A stretch of DNA of 64,000 nt from Eledone cirrhosa (Eukaryota), in assembly GCA_964016885.1 (NCBI GenBank), contig OZ024742.1, positions 209,560,001 to 209,624,000 of the forward strand, given 5' to 3'. The notes beneath the pieces are model-generated. The model made no database searches, had not been told where the DNA came from, and worked only from the letters and a program-made list of their open reading frames with translations. Each line of letters starts with the position of its first letter. Position 1 is the stretch's first letter. Shown here in pieces: positions 41,013 through 54,864 of the stretch. The translations under genes were made by a program, and so were the position numbers.

Positions 41013-41212
41013 NNNNNNNNNNNNNNNNNNNNNNNNNNNNNNNNNNNNNNNNNNNNNNNNNNNNNNNNNNNNNNNNNNNNNNNNNNNNNNNNNNNNNNNN
41101 NNNNNNNNNNNNNNNNNNNNNNNNNNNNNNNNNNNNNNNNNNNNNNNNNNNNNNNNNNNNNNNNNNNNNNNNNNNNNNNNNNNNNNNNNNNNNNNNNNNN
41201 NNNNNNNNNNNN
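41013..41212. other. Assembly gap (200 N)
   Basis: Run of n. Confidence 1.
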
Positions 41213-41339
41213 GTACTAGAGATAAATACGAGATAAATTATCTTATTTATTTATTCTTTAATACTTTCTCGTATGTCCCCAACCATGCTCCGTCCCCTTT
41301 TTTCTGTCTTGTCTTCTGTTGCCTCCGGATCTCATGTAG

Positions 41340-42650
41340 GTAAGCTATGAAGCCTTACTCATATCACACCCTGCCCACTTCTCCTGGATTCAGCTTTTTC
41401 CCTTCCACCCACATACCATTGAGCCTAGCAACCAGGCCGGTGACAACCAGCCACTCGCCCTTGATGCCGCTGTGCTCTAGTACTCGCCTCACCACCCCAC
41501 CCTCCATCCCCACATGTCAACACCTGCAGCACTTGCAGCACCACGAACAGGTGGAAGAGGGCCGGAACTGTTCGGAGTGCGGATGTTTCCACCACCTTAC
41601 TTGTATTGGCTTGATGCGTCGAGCCTCCAGTGTTCTTGTACTGTGGGGATGCAGCAACTGTCTCTTTCACTCGTCTGCTCAGCCGCGGCCGTCCACTAAA
41701 CCACCTGATGAGATAGCTGATTGACATCGCTCGGCTCAGGTGGGTGTGGAAGATTCCGCTCATGATCCCGAGAGCAACTCGGATGCCGGTAGCCGATGCC
41801 CTCGCTTACGCAATTAAGAGTGGTCTGGGTGTTAACCGAGCCAGCGACTGGGAGCGCCTTTTCCATTTCGCCCCACTCATCATCGGCCTCCCCAACTCTG
41901 GAGCTGACCTATCGACAGCAGCTTTTGTCAAGGACAATGTTTAGTCCTTTGGGCAAGTGCCCATCGCAAGTGTGCTGAACGACACTACACCCTCTGCTCT
42001 TGGGTGTCTTCAATCCTAATCGAGGGTAATGTCTCGGCTGCAGTCAGTGTGGTTGCCTCGGAGGGCACTGTCCTCCAAAACACCGAGGAGGTCCCAGATG
42101 CCCCGTGGCTCAAGCACCCTGAGCCGCCCGCCAACCTCAAACCTATACCCCCACCTTATCGCCACCTGCTCTTTGTGGCCTCCGACGCAGACATCATGTC
42201 TGCCCTCAAGTCCTTCCCAAGCAGCAGCAGCAGAGGTTCTGCTGGCCTCCGACCTGACCACTCAAAGAGTTGTTAAACTCCCTTTCCACTGAGGCTGGGC
42301 ACCGCCTTCTGAGCGCAATTGTGCCACTCACTAATAAGTTTTTCCATGGCGCATGGATCCTCACGCCCCTGGCCTCTTTTTTTAGGCCAGCTTAACTGCT
42401 CTCAAGAAGAAAGAGGGTGGCATACGCCCCAACGCAGTGAGCAATATATTCCGGAGGCTGGCTGCTAAAGTGATCTGCAGGTCCATCACACCTGAACTGG
42501 ACGAGGAGCTCAGCCCGGTGCAACTGGGTGTTGGCGTTCAGGTGGCTGTGAGGGAGCCACACATTCAGCCAGGCAGTTCTTCAATAGCTGCCTACTGGAA
42601 CCGGCATCGAGGGACGCCAGACACCTGATTGTCAAGCTTGACAAAAACGT
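41340..42650 (+). mobile_element. CRE-like non-LTR retrotransposon 5' fragment (PHD-like finger + RT N-terminus)
   Basis: CSECGCFHHLTCIGL...WGCSNC; LKSFPSSS..G.AGLRPDH; ASLTALKKKEGGIRP.AV.NIFRRLAAK..C; PVQLGVGV. Confidence 0.8.
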
Positions 42651-43727
42651 TTTTGTTTGTCAGTATAGCAGAAGGCGTGGTGCAGCCTCTACGTGGTACC
42701 ATAACCTGCTAGAAAGTGCAACCAAATATCCTTTACTTTAAAATTGGCCGTCTTAAAAGTTGAAGGATATGAAGAATGGGAAGGATACATTGGATGGGAT
42801 GATATAGTCCTAGCTTTAAAGTATCAGGAATAAAAAAGGTATGGTCATGGTTGCATTGATCAGAGCTGACAGACAGCACAACAATAAAAATAACACTTAG
42901 ATGTAGAAATGTTTTAGCTATATTTCTCCATCTGCTTCTTCAGCCCTCGCTTTTTCTCGCTTTTACAAGTTTTACCGTGTTTACGTTATTAACTAGTTGA
43001 GACACATCGATCTTCATGAATAAGAACGACAATTTGCCATACAATTTACTACTGAAGAATGAGTGAAACGCACGTCAGTTATACAATGAAGTTATATGCT
43101 ATTACCGGGGATACAGTGTTACGACCCATTCACTAGAATGTTACCACATTACGCCTTCTACAAACAATAACTTCAAAATCTTAAATAAACAAATATTTCT
43201 TAATACCAAATAGACTTCACTCCTAGGAAATTTTTCTATAAAAATCTAAACTCAGCTAAATCTGACATTCCACTTTTTTTTTTTTTTTTTTGTAATTGAT
43301 TTGATCCGATACCATGCATTGAAATATAAAAAATAGCTCATGTGAATATATATCATTTAATATAACCGTTTATATGAGATCAATGTGAATTTACAATTAT
43401 TAAAACATTCAATCTACTGCAAGTTTTCAGTAAAACTTACTGATATTCTTTGACATTTAGTTGGTTTAGAAAGCTATTTGAATGAAAACTATTTACTAGT
43501 AAAATTATGTTTGATGTTGAATGGTTAATCATTGATAAACATCTTTGAAAAGAAGGTACGTTGATATTTTCAACTTTGTGTGAATGGGTATGTGCATATG
43601 CGTTTGAAGTTTCTTTAAATCTTTAAAACCATGCTTCCGTTGTTAATATATGTTATAAAATCCACACATATATAAAATACACACATAGACTGGGGCCAAA
43701 TCACATAGTCATACGCACGCACGCACG

Positions 43728-43763
<36 letters not shown>

Positions 43764-43841
43764 CATATATGTCTATGTATGGATATACACACATACAAAC
43801 ACACACACACATACACACACATATATATTATATATATAAAC

Positions 43842-43929
<88 letters not shown>

Positions 43930-44949
43930 CATATATTTGTGTGCGCGTCTGCGTGTGTGTGTGCGTGTGTATGTGTGTGTGTATGATGTGTAAGTAAGCT
44001 TGCTAAAGTTAAACAAAAAACAAAAGGAAACAAGAGAAATGCTTGCGGACAGAAATGGTGGAAGTGTAAATGAAAGACAGAGAATAGGAAGGAGAGACAC
44101 TTCCAACTTAAGGGAAATGCATCAAAGATAACAGTTAACTGTTTTATAATGTCCTTTATTCAATTTTACCTGAAACTTCAAAAGAACTGGAGATTGTTGG
44201 TGAAAATTTTGTCACTAGATGTGTCTGAGCTGTGGTCACATGATAAACTACATATCGATTTTAGGAATTGAGAAATGCAGAAATAAAGACTCTATAGAAG
44301 TAAACTTCAGTTTGGATGTGCTGGGGAGATGGGGTTTTGTTTTTAAAGTGATGAAATAGGATATGATAAAAAGAGAGGGAAGCGAAAGAAAGATACAGAC
44401 AAATGAATAAATAAATAGCGAAATGAAACGAATATCAGTAGTTTTATATCACATATTGAAGCGACCTGCTTATACGCATAGCCAAATATCCTTTAAATTA
44501 TACCTTAATATCTTAGCAAGAGACTTATTCGACAATACGGACAATAATAAATCCCTTAAAACGACAGAATTGTCTTGCCCGGAATTTCTTTGACCATAAA
44601 CCTGCTTGATCAGGTTTAATTTGTGTCTAGCAACAACAAAGACAACACACTGCACTAGCCTTAATAACTATGAGATCAAATATACTGTTTGATCTCTCTG
44701 ACAACCACTTATATCACTAAATGTAGTTCTAACATCTGGCAGAATTGAAATAATGAAATACATGCCGCTACAATGGTTTAAGATCAAACTTGGACGAGGT
44801 CAAAGTTGCCTTTAAAGCATACTCGATAATACACTGTTCTTTCAGCCAAGAAGTACAACCGGTATGAATCCTTCATGCAGTAACTCACAATATACGCGCG
44901 CATCCATATTATTTTCACACTCACACATACATATATATATATATATATA

Positions 44950-45960
44950 CTAGCTGAATTACTCGGCGTTATCCGGGTTACTGCTGTTCTTATTCAGATT
45001 AGTAAACAATAAATTTGAAGATATGATTTTTGTTCTCATAATTATTTCAAAATATCTATATCTTATTTTTAAAAATACAAAATTGTAATGATAATATAAT
45101 TTAGAAATGAAAATCTGCCAATCTTGAAGTAACTTGGGTAAACAATATTCATTGTGTAATTTTTTGTCGGTGTCCAAATGAATAAATTGTTGCGACACAC
45201 TCACACACATACACTCTCACATACACTCACAGACACATATACTCACACACACATACACTCTCACATACACTCACACATACATACCCTCACACACACATAC
45301 GCTCACATGCATATATAAAACAGACACACACAGACATACATTCACGCACACCTGTTACTTGTCAGTCATTACATATGTATCTGTATGTGTAAATGTTTGT
45401 GTGTTTAATTGTCTGTGTGAAAATAATATGTACGCAGCTTACTAAGGCTATATGTTTGTGTAGATGTCTGTGTGTGTTTAATTCTCTGAGGCCTAACGTT
45501 AAAACAAAAACTATCACACATACACTCACACACACATACACTCCCACATACATTTACTAAGATAGACACACAGACATACATTCACGCACACCTATTACTT
45601 GTCTGTCACCATATATGTATATGTATTGGTAGATGTGTGTGTGTGTTTAATTCTCTGAGGCCTAACGTACGTAACGAACTCGCAAACACACACACACACT
45701 CACAGAGACATACACACTCATATACAAAATGTGACGTCGTTGTCGTAGTAATGGTGGTTTACTAAAGTTGACTATAGAAAGATTATTTTTCATAGAAATG
45801 TTATATTCTTTTAATCCAAATGATAATAAACATTACATCTTGACACTCCCGGAGTCTAATACTACTCTGTGAAGTTTGATTTGATTTGGTCGAGCCGTTT
45901 GAGAATGCATAGGGAACAGACAAACAGACAGAGAGATAAATAATGTTATATAGAGAGAGA
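44950..45960 (-). mobile_element. Non-autonomous Helitron
   Basis: Minus strand A|TCTCTCTCTATATAA...gtctgtttgtctgttccctatgcattc 5' end. The 3' end has hairpin acccggataacgccgagt then CTAG|T. Confidence 0.85.
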
Positions 45961-45962
45961 TG

Positions 45963-46053
<91 letters not shown>

Positions 46054-46059
46054 CCACAC

Positions 46060-46102
<43 letters not shown>

Positions 46103-46104
<2 letters not shown>

Positions 46105-46288
46105 ATATTAACAAATGGAAACTATATTTATAAAACCATATTTATTTCATTATACATATTTCAAGGACACCAAGTTAAATTATGGTGTGCTTTCATCAGA
46201 TAAAATATAATATAGAGCAGTTTTATAAATAAATATTGACATACCCTTAAAGAATGCGACCATTTCTGTTGGAAGCTCCCGGATAGTG
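46103..46288 (-). repeat. Dispersed repeat (also 53892-54079) carrying a hammerhead-like motif at 46150-46203
   Basis: Minus: CTGATGA-aagcacacca-loop-tggtgtcctt-GAAAT-AT-GTA. Abuts (TA)n. Confidence 0.75.
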
Positions 46289-47296
46289 GGGTTATAAATT
46301 TATTTATACTATTATGTAAGTTAGTTTCGGATATTTTTAAATCAGAGTAGATTTAAATAAGCCGTTGGGTTATGGAGAAAGAGAGAGAGAGAAAAAAAGA
46401 GAGATATACAAAATACAAAAAAGAGAAAAAAGAGCAAACACTAAGAGGAAAATAAGAAAAATAAGAAAAGGAGAAAGAGAAGAAAAAAGAAAAGAGAAAA
46501 GAGAAAGCGAAAGCTCTAAGTGATATAGTTGTTATATTAGCTTAACTTTTGAGATGAAGTGAAAGAATAAATATTTAATGGATGAGTAGAGAAGTTTAAA
46601 TAAGCGTGAATGGAAAATACATAAATAATAGGAGAATTTAACCATTGTTTAAATATGATTAAATGTTTAGTTTATCAATTAGATTATTGAGATCTATACA
46701 TTAAAAAATTGAGATCTATATATTATTAAGAAATCTATATATTATTAAGACTATATATTATTAAAAATTCTATATATTATTAAAAGAATATATTCATATA
46801 TATACATACGCACACACAGATATATATACATATAAATATATATACATACACCTACATATAGATACATATACATACAAACAATAAAGGATTTTTTAATTGA
46901 AGATATATGAATTTTCATAAACTAATAGATTTTTCGGAGAGAATCTTAGAAAAAACAGAGAAAATTATTTCTATGTAATATCGAAACAGCGTGAAGGAAA
47001 TTAAGTTATTTACTTATATTAAATGTTACAAATGTTAAGATAGTAAAGGAAACTTTAGGTTATACAAATCTTATGTTATTATTCAAATTTATTTTAATAT
47101 AAGTTTTATATCTAATAAATCCACCTGTTATGTAGTTGTGACTGTTATTATATAAGTTTGTTTATCACGAACCTTAAGAAAATTCTTATAAACGAGTGCA
47201 TTCGAATTGTATGCATATATATATACACACAATCCCCACATAGATACACATAGACGTACATACACATACAGGTAGATATGCATCACACAAATATAT

Positions 47297-47329
<33 letters not shown>

Positions 47330-48289
47330 CATATATATATACACACATACATATATAGAGAGAGAGAGAGATAAATACAGTACAGAGTATAATTGAAGTA
47401 CATAATATATAAAATAAAATAAAATAAAATAAAAAAATAAAAATGAATTATATTACGATTTGGAGATATAATTATAAGCAATATAACTTTAAATCAATAT
47501 AATTTTTTAAAAATATAACTTTAAATCAATATAATCTTTTAAAAAATCAATATAATTAAAAAAAATATTATAGAATATTTCCAGTTATAATTTAAAATAA
47601 GAATATGTTTAATAGATTCAGTATAAAAATTTAAATTTTCTATATAATATTTAGTTCTCAGTATGTTTAACTTAATTTTATAGCCATAAGAAAAAGAAAG
47701 AGAAACTTTCAAAAATAGGAGAAACTTTCAAATAAAATATTTTCCCCTTTTAAGAGCTTTCAGTATGTTTCTCTAGAAGAATTTTTTTTTTTTTTTTTAT
47801 ATTTAGGAAAAAAAAATTTTAACTTGAGAGTTTAAGCAGTCAAATGAAGGAATCTAATGATTTATCGATAGGTTCAATATATTAATATAATTAATTAATT
47901 ATATATTACATTTTAAATTTATATTTAAACGTTGAGTTCAATCTATGTCTGCAGCAACTGAATAAATTGTTCCTTAGGTTCAGGGAATTTTTGGTCTTTA
48001 ATATAAAGAATATTTCCTCTATACAAAGATCACAATTTTCTGAAGAATTGGCTGGGCTAAAAAGCACCGTTAATTATAAATATATATATGTGTGTTCTTT
48101 TTTGTTCGTACAATGGCCATACTCGATCGATCACGAGGGGCATCATCATATATATGCAGATGTTTAACAAAACCGCACTGCCATACATTCTAACCCATAC
48201 ATTCTTATCCACAATGTTTCACCATTTACAGACGATCATAAATGCTCCTTCAATTATATAGATGGTTGTCATCATATATATGAGGGAGC

Positions 48290-48492
48290 GTTTATTTTGT
48301 TCAATCTGCTAGAAATAGCAGTAAAATATCTCCCAAATAACATCTTCTGCCATATAACTAAGTACGGTAAACAGTGTAGTCTTAGATACATTACATTTGT
48401 AAAACGCATGGGTGGTTATAACTAGAACATCCTTTAGCACACGGACTCTCAGTTAAAGTTGACCTGGGGCTAAACAACAACAGCAACAACAA
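48290..48492 (+). mobile_element. SINE-like 3' fragment with (AAC)n tail (related pieces ~42710-42890, 56900-57060 on -, 32500-32620 on -)
   Basis: Shared tgctagaaatagca...gacctggggctaaacaacaac motif. Confidence 0.5.
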
Positions 48493-48584
48493 ACTTTTCA
48501 TAAGTTAATATTCTTCTAGAAAATGTCCTTAGTCTAGTTTCCGTAGATGGAAACACTTAACTACTATTAATGTTTTGTAGTCTA

Positions 48585-48665
48585 CAGTGGTGTGTAGTGC
48601 ACAAGTGTAGAAATATAGTGTAGTCTCTACACTATATTTCTACACTTGTGCACTACACTCCACTG
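48585..48665. repeat. 39-bp-arm hairpin, 3-nt loop
   Basis: cagtggtgtgtagtgcacaagtgtagaaatatagtgtag-tct-ctacactatatttctacacttgtgcactacactccactg, 1 mismatch. Confidence 0.95.
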
Positions 48666-49154
48666 CATTACTTTAAATACAAGAAAAGAAATGGAAGTAT
48701 AAAAGAATGGAAGAGAGAAAGGAAGTAAGGAAGGAAGGATGGAAGAAATAAGCGTGCAATATCTCAAGGTTGTCATGATTCAATATTTAATCTATTTCAA
48801 TTGTATAAAATTGTTTACCAGAAAAGCTACATCAATGAATGCCATCACGCAACTCTAAACACGACTAGCATCACAGCATTATCAGTTCAATCATAAATGT
48901 CCATCAGTGTCCACAAAAGCCTCCAGAAATATCTATCTAGGTCAGAAAACCCATAAAAATATTTCAGTAGAGTTAAAAATGAAATTAATAGTTTTAGTTT
49001 AATGGAATGCCTCTTCTGTTCTCATCACATGACTACTAATCTGATTACACAAAACTTTCGTTGACTGAGTTTGACTTTGATGTTTCAGCATCTTATCTTA
49101 TTTAAACTGGACGACAACGTTTCGTTCAAATTCGGATTTTGTTCACGTTTTCGT

Positions 49155-49201
<47 letters not shown>

Positions 49202-50119
49202 CGTTTTTATTGCTGCAGTTGTTATTAATTTCATCATTCTGATTGTATTCTGCTTCTACCTTTTCCCATCACCTTCACGCTACTATCACACATTTCAACG
49301 TCTTCGTCTTGATTTCAGAATACTTTATTATTGGAAATCAATGTCTTGACAACTCCTACGTTCTGAGGATTCAGGCATCCATGAATTCAGTGTTTAAACT
49401 CTTGATGTCCATTGTGTGCAAATGTCTATGAATGTGATGGCGGTGTGTGTTTGTCTACTCTGCACGTCACTGTCTTTGCATGCATGAGCTTGTTTATGCT
49501 GTGTGCCTCTGAATAAATGTTTATGTTTGTGAAAGCAGTGATAGTTAATATCAAAACGATATTGTATTATGTTTTAAAAATATCCAAAATGTATATCATA
49601 TCTTTTAATTTGTATATAACTTTCTCCAATTTAGAAGCTACTTTATTTTATATTATGTTCTATCGTTTTGGACTAAATTAATGTTTAAATAGTTTTCTAT
49701 GGGAATTAGTGACTGGACAGAAGTTAATTTTTATTACAAAACGCATTAATATTATTTTTCTTTTCGTTAGATTCATCTACGTTCTTACTGTATCCCCCGG
49801 GGCACCTCCGTGTTCCTGTGGAGTGTGGAACATAGTGTGTTATCGTGGTTTGGTTGGTTATAGTGTTTAGCTTGTTCCTTTATTATTTTAGTGTTTGTTA
49901 TGATGTGTGTCCTATGAGTGAATTGTTAGATTATTTTAAACCTAATACAAGAAAATGAAAGAGAATATTGGTACAAAAGATTTAGAATATTTAAAATCTA
50001 AGCTCGTAGCTTAAGATAATAGTTATAAATACGCTGGCTATACCAGTTAAATCTTACAGCTTCAATAGAATAAAATGGAAGCTGAGTTGATATAGTAAAT
50101 ATAGTTGAAATATGACAGA

Positions 50120-50810
50120 AAATCGAGGAAACTACTGATAGGGTTTGGGACTGACCCTCTCGCAGTGATCTAGAGTGAAGAAAAAATGACATCCACATAC
50201 AAAATTCTATTTCCAAAAGTGCATAAAAGAAAACATGACAAGGTCTGTGTGTACATTCACTGGTCAATGTACAAAAAAATATGGATATCAGGTGTCCAAT
50301 AAGTTGTAACAGCATGTCTCAGAATGTGTCCTTGATGACAGAAATAAACTCAAATTATTATGGGACTTCACCATCCACACGAACCGCAGATTAGAACATA
50401 ATAAATCTAATATTGCAGTTCTAAGAAACAGACGTGAATGCCAGATTATTGATGTTACTATCTAAGGAGACCACAAGATAGCATTGACAGAAATTGAAAA
50501 AGTAACAAAATAATTTGACTTGAAGATGGGAATTGCACGAATGTAGTCAACACTACCTAACAACACTCAGATAATTCCAATTATCATCGGAGGTTTGGGC
50601 TTGATAACACTAAAACTGGGAGGAGGCATCTTAAGCAAGTAGATCTTGTATCACAAATACAAGGTCTCCTATAAAAGACAGTCCTATCGGGCACTGCACA
50701 TAAACTCACGAAAGTTCTGTCTGTTTAAAATCCTTGTCGTGATTGAAAAAGTAGTATAAAATTCAATAATTATCATATTTAACGTGCAAACCATCGATAA
50801 TAACAATAAT
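50120..50810 (+). mobile_element. Decayed R4/Dong-like RLE retrotransposon 3' fragment with (TAA)-like tail
   Basis: HDKVCVYIHW, KLLWDFTIHTNRRLEH, QIIDV, IIPIIIGGLG. Confidence 0.7.
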
Positions 50811-50983
50811 AATTGTTTCTACTTTAGGCACAAGGCCAGCAATTACCCAGTGCATTACTGGTACTTTATGTTATCGACCCCGTAAGGATGAAAGGCAAAG
50901 TCAACCTCGGCGGGATTTGAACTCAGATCGTAAAGGGACGTAACTATGCTGGAAAGCATGGCGTCCGATACTGCCAATCCACC
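50811..50983 (-). mobile_element. SINE family A with ~19-bp TSD cgataataacaataataat and an 11-bp internal deletion
   Basis: TSD at 50795-50813 and 50983-51001. Confidence 0.92.
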
Positions 50984-52306
50984 GATAATAACAATAATAA
51001 TGGTTTGATTTTTGTGTTTCTTCGTATGTATTATCGAACGTACTCTATGTAATATATTGGTAGTGTCTACCTCTGTTGCGTGTATTTGGTTTTGTATTAT
51101 TTTTTGCAGTTGTTTTGTTCTTTTTTTTTTTTGCTGCTGTTTTTTCATATCTTTCCCTAGGTACCCATTATAATACAAGTCGTATCTGTTTTAATACTCA
51201 TAGTATGGCTACTGTATTTCCCGATCATTATATTTGGATAGAATTTCTTTTTCTTTTAGAGCTATATAGGGACATGCTGGAGTTAATACATTGATTAATA
51301 GGCATATATACTTTCTGGTGTCCTTTGACAATCATATCTGATTGATTTGTCTTAATCTTCCTGTCTGAGGGAAATGACATGCCACAAAATATGGTCATAT
51401 TTTCAGTTAACGAGAAATGTTCTGTTTCATATTTGCATCATCTCTTTCGGTTAGTATTTCACAATGTTGCAATAAATTGTCAGTCTATGAAAACCCCACC
51501 TTAATCAGGACTGTACATTATATTGTCTAACTATGTGTCATTCTGTAGTTTGGTCGAGCTCTAATTTTTCTCTCGTGAAATACTACGGTTTTTAATCAAT
51601 TTTTCTATTTTTAAGTTGACTTGGTGCGTTTATCTAAATCGAATTTTATAACAATTTATCTACTAAATCCGTATAAATTCTATAGCTCTATTTCCACTTG
51701 CTTATAAGCTGCAACATTTAGATTTGGGTCATCCATATACACATTTTAACTGATTGTCTCCCCTTAGTGTTTTTATCCGAGTTCTGGTTTATCATGATAG
51801 CGACATGTATCAACGCCAGACATGGAAGAAGTAAATAGCAGTCACCGTGAAATAGTCTTCTTCTAACAGACAACGGGATTGTTTTATTAGAAGAACCTAC
51901 TTATGCTACCTTACTCTATCCTGTTCTTCAGAAAGAGTGAGGTGGGGGTTAATCATTTATCATATGAGATAGTGTAACTACTAAGTGTTGGTAGTCAAGT
52001 TATCGGTCTGTAGGTTGATAGTATTCCATGTTTCTTTAGCTGAAACATTTTCCCTGAAAGAACCATTCAATTGTTGTTTTTATGGGTTCTTTCAGTGATG
52101 CATTAAACATGTTTACCAATATTTGCCGAGTGAACTGTAGCAACGTGAAATATAGTCTCTTAGCCGAATACATAACGCGCCACCGCGAATCGAGCACACG
52201 ATGAGCTGAATACCCTGACCGATAACCCACACACTCATACATTAGGGGGATTATGGTAATTCTAATGATTCTAGGGACTTACTTTCTTGCTCTAATTTCT
52301 TGCTCT

Positions 52307-52619
52307 AATTATGTATGGTTAACTGTATGTCTAGTCAATATCTACAAGCTATCAGAAATACTAGGTGAATTTTCTGTGGCTGTGAATCGCGGATAAAAAG
52401 CTATCATTTATTTATCTATTATTTCTTCATAGGTATATTTTAAACTTATAGCCTCGTCTAAATGATTTTTTGTATAGTTGGTTATGCTGATTGGGAGAAG
52501 AAATACTGTATATATTTTATCTAATGATTCTATGGACTTACTTTCTTATATATTGCTCTGATTGTTTATTATTTAATTAATTAATTCGTTATTGAGCCAC
52601 ACCGTGAATGGTTGCCAAA

Positions 52620-52675
<56 letters not shown>

Positions 52676-53285
52676 TCTGTCTAGTCTATGTGTATGTAAA
52701 CTTCTAAATTGTATATACTCCCGTAAGGTTGAGTAAAACTTTAGGCAGTATTCGGCTGCGCTTTCTAGCAACCAGCCAACTAACCGACAGGCACCAATCA
52801 CAAGCTTTCTGACTTGACCACTAACCACGTGACAATTCTTAGCCATTTTGAATTCGTTTCTGGCGGGGATTATTTAAGAAAAATCTTTGTCCAATTGAGT
52901 TTGTCTCCTGATGATTTCGAAATTCGTTGATTTATCCAAGATCGGATATTTCCAAAAAGCGAATGAAATCTTCGGGGGTAGAGACATATTTGATGATTTT
53001 GGTATTTTTATGTACACTTTTTCTTCAAACTTTGATTTTGTACCAAATTATGTATGGTTAACTGTATGTCTAGTCAATTTCTATAGGCTATCAGAAATAC
53101 TATGTAAATTTTTTGTGGCTGTGAATCGCGGATAAAAAGCTATCATTATTTATCTATTATTTCTTCATAGGTATATTTTAAACTTATAGCCTCATTTAAA
53201 TTATTTTTTTATGGTTGATTATGCTGATTGGGAGAAGAAATATTGTATATATTTTATCTAATGATTCTATGGACTTACTTTCTTT
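52307..53285. repeat. ~240-bp direct repeats (52307-52547 and 53046-53285)
   Basis: aattatgtatggttaactgtatgtctagtcaat...ctaatgattctatggacttactttctt occurs twice at about 90% identity. Confidence 0.9.
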
Positions 53286-53445
53286 TATATATATATATAT
53301 ATATATATGTAGATAAATCTACCAAGAGTTTACGGTAGTGTCCAATCCGTATGAAGAACTCAATGTAATCCGGATATCATGGAAAGAAGAGATGCAATGA
53401 AAAATCACTTTCGGTGAAAGATAAACGGAATACAGAGTCAAGATG

Positions 53446-53857
53446 AAATATTAAAAAAATAATGAATAAAACAATGAAACAGTTCCTTATATTAAACAAA
53501 AAAAGTTCATTATTTAACGATCGTTTCTGGGATATATATGTGTTAGAATTGGCATGTATATTTAACAGATCTATGTACAAAATTATACAAAATTATACAA
53601 ACTATCAAAATTAAATATACATACCAACTCATATATATGCCGTCTTCAGAAATATTTCTGAAGACGGCATATATATGAGTTGGTATGTATATTTAATTTT
53701 GATAGTTTGTATAATTTTGTATAATTTTGTACATAGATCTGTTAAATATACATGCCAATTCTAACACATATATATCCCAGAAACGATCGTTAAATAATGA
53801 ACTTTTTTGGATATAAGGAACTGTTTCATTGTTTTATTCATTATTTTTTAAATATTT
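53446..53857. repeat. Spacerless palindrome (centre 53653|53654), ~205-bp arms
   Basis: ...gccgtcttcagaaat|atttctgaagacggc..., perfect for ~155 bp each side then one small indel. Confidence 0.97.
53654..53795 (+). ncRNA. Hammerhead-like motif (CUGAAGA core, ~115-nt stem II); mirror copy on - at 53512-53653
   Basis: attt-CTGAAGA-cggcatatatatg...catatatatccca-GAAAC-GATC-GTT-aaat. Confidence 0.62.
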
Positions 53858-53858
53858 T

Positions 53859-53889
<31 letters not shown>

Positions 53890-53891
53890 CG

Positions 53892-54076
53892 ATATTAACA
53901 AATGGAAACTATATTTATAAAACCATATTTATTTTATTATACATATTTCAAGGACACCACGTTAAATTATGGTGTGCTTTCATCAGACAAAATACAATAT
54001 AGATCAGTTTTATAAATAAATAAATATTGACATACCCTTAAAAAATACAACCATTACTGTTGGAAGCTCCCGGATA

Positions 54077-54079
<3 letters not shown>
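53892..54079 (-). repeat. Second copy of the 46103-46288 repeat; hammerhead-like motif at 53937-53990
   Basis: About 90% identical to 46103-46288, bounded by TA tracts. Confidence 0.8.
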
Positions 54080-54142
<63 letters not shown>

Positions 54143-54225
54143 ATAATAATAAATTTGAAGACTAAAATCCAAAGAGGGCTCGATAAGGATAAATATATAT
54201 CAAATATATTAGAACCGTAGAGCAA

Positions 54226-54343
54226 ATATTTATTAAAATAACATATTAAAGTTTAAGCAAAGAATCGCTGCTTTCACCCTTAACGGGATCCCGTTAAGGG
54301 TGAAAGCAGCGATTCTTTGCTTAAACTTTAATCTGTTACTTTA

Positions 54344-54351
<8 letters not shown>
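54226..54351. repeat. Spacerless palindrome (centre 54288|54289), 63-bp arms
   Basis: ...ctttcacccttaacggga|tcccgttaagggtgaaag..., 2 mismatches. The right arm equals 28543-28608. Confidence 0.96.
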
Positions 54352-54395
<44 letters not shown>

Positions 54396-54479
54396 TAGAA
54401 AGTGAGGTTTTTTTTTTTACAAAATGAAAAATATCCGAGGTGTCCTACACGAGTGAAATTATAAGGAAAAAAGATGAAA

Positions 54480-54840
54480 TCGAAAATGAGACCACATTTT
54501 CCTGGGAGGGTCATGGGGGTAAAGTCCTCAGACACGATTTCCAGAGGATCTTATCAGAAGCAGCTGTTTCCATTTGATCTGGTTGAATTCTTCGGTAAGA
54601 TCAGCCAAGCTCGCGGATGTTATCCAACCAGCTTGCCCGTGGTCTACCTAAAGTTCTCCAGCCACTTGGCTTTGTCCATAAAATCTGCCCAGCGATCCTT
54701 TCCTTAGACATTCTAACCACATGTCCTTAGCATCGGAACTATGATGTAACGCCTCTACCTTGTAGGACTCCTGATATTGCAGTATCGGTAAAGAGTCAGA
54801 CACCATTCTTTGCAGCATAGAGTTATGGCCATTTACGTTC
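54480..54840 (-). mobile_element. LINE (RTE-like) 3' coding fragment
   Basis: Minus translation GHVVRMSKERIAGQILWTKPSGWRTLGRPRASWLDNI. Confidence 0.7.
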
Positions 54841-54864
54841 TGTAGCTCTACCGCTACTGACAAA

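Noticed and set aside
51150-52000. Possible decayed LINE RT on the minus strand (also 63390-63720)
   Set aside because: Only faint motif traces, too weak to annotate.
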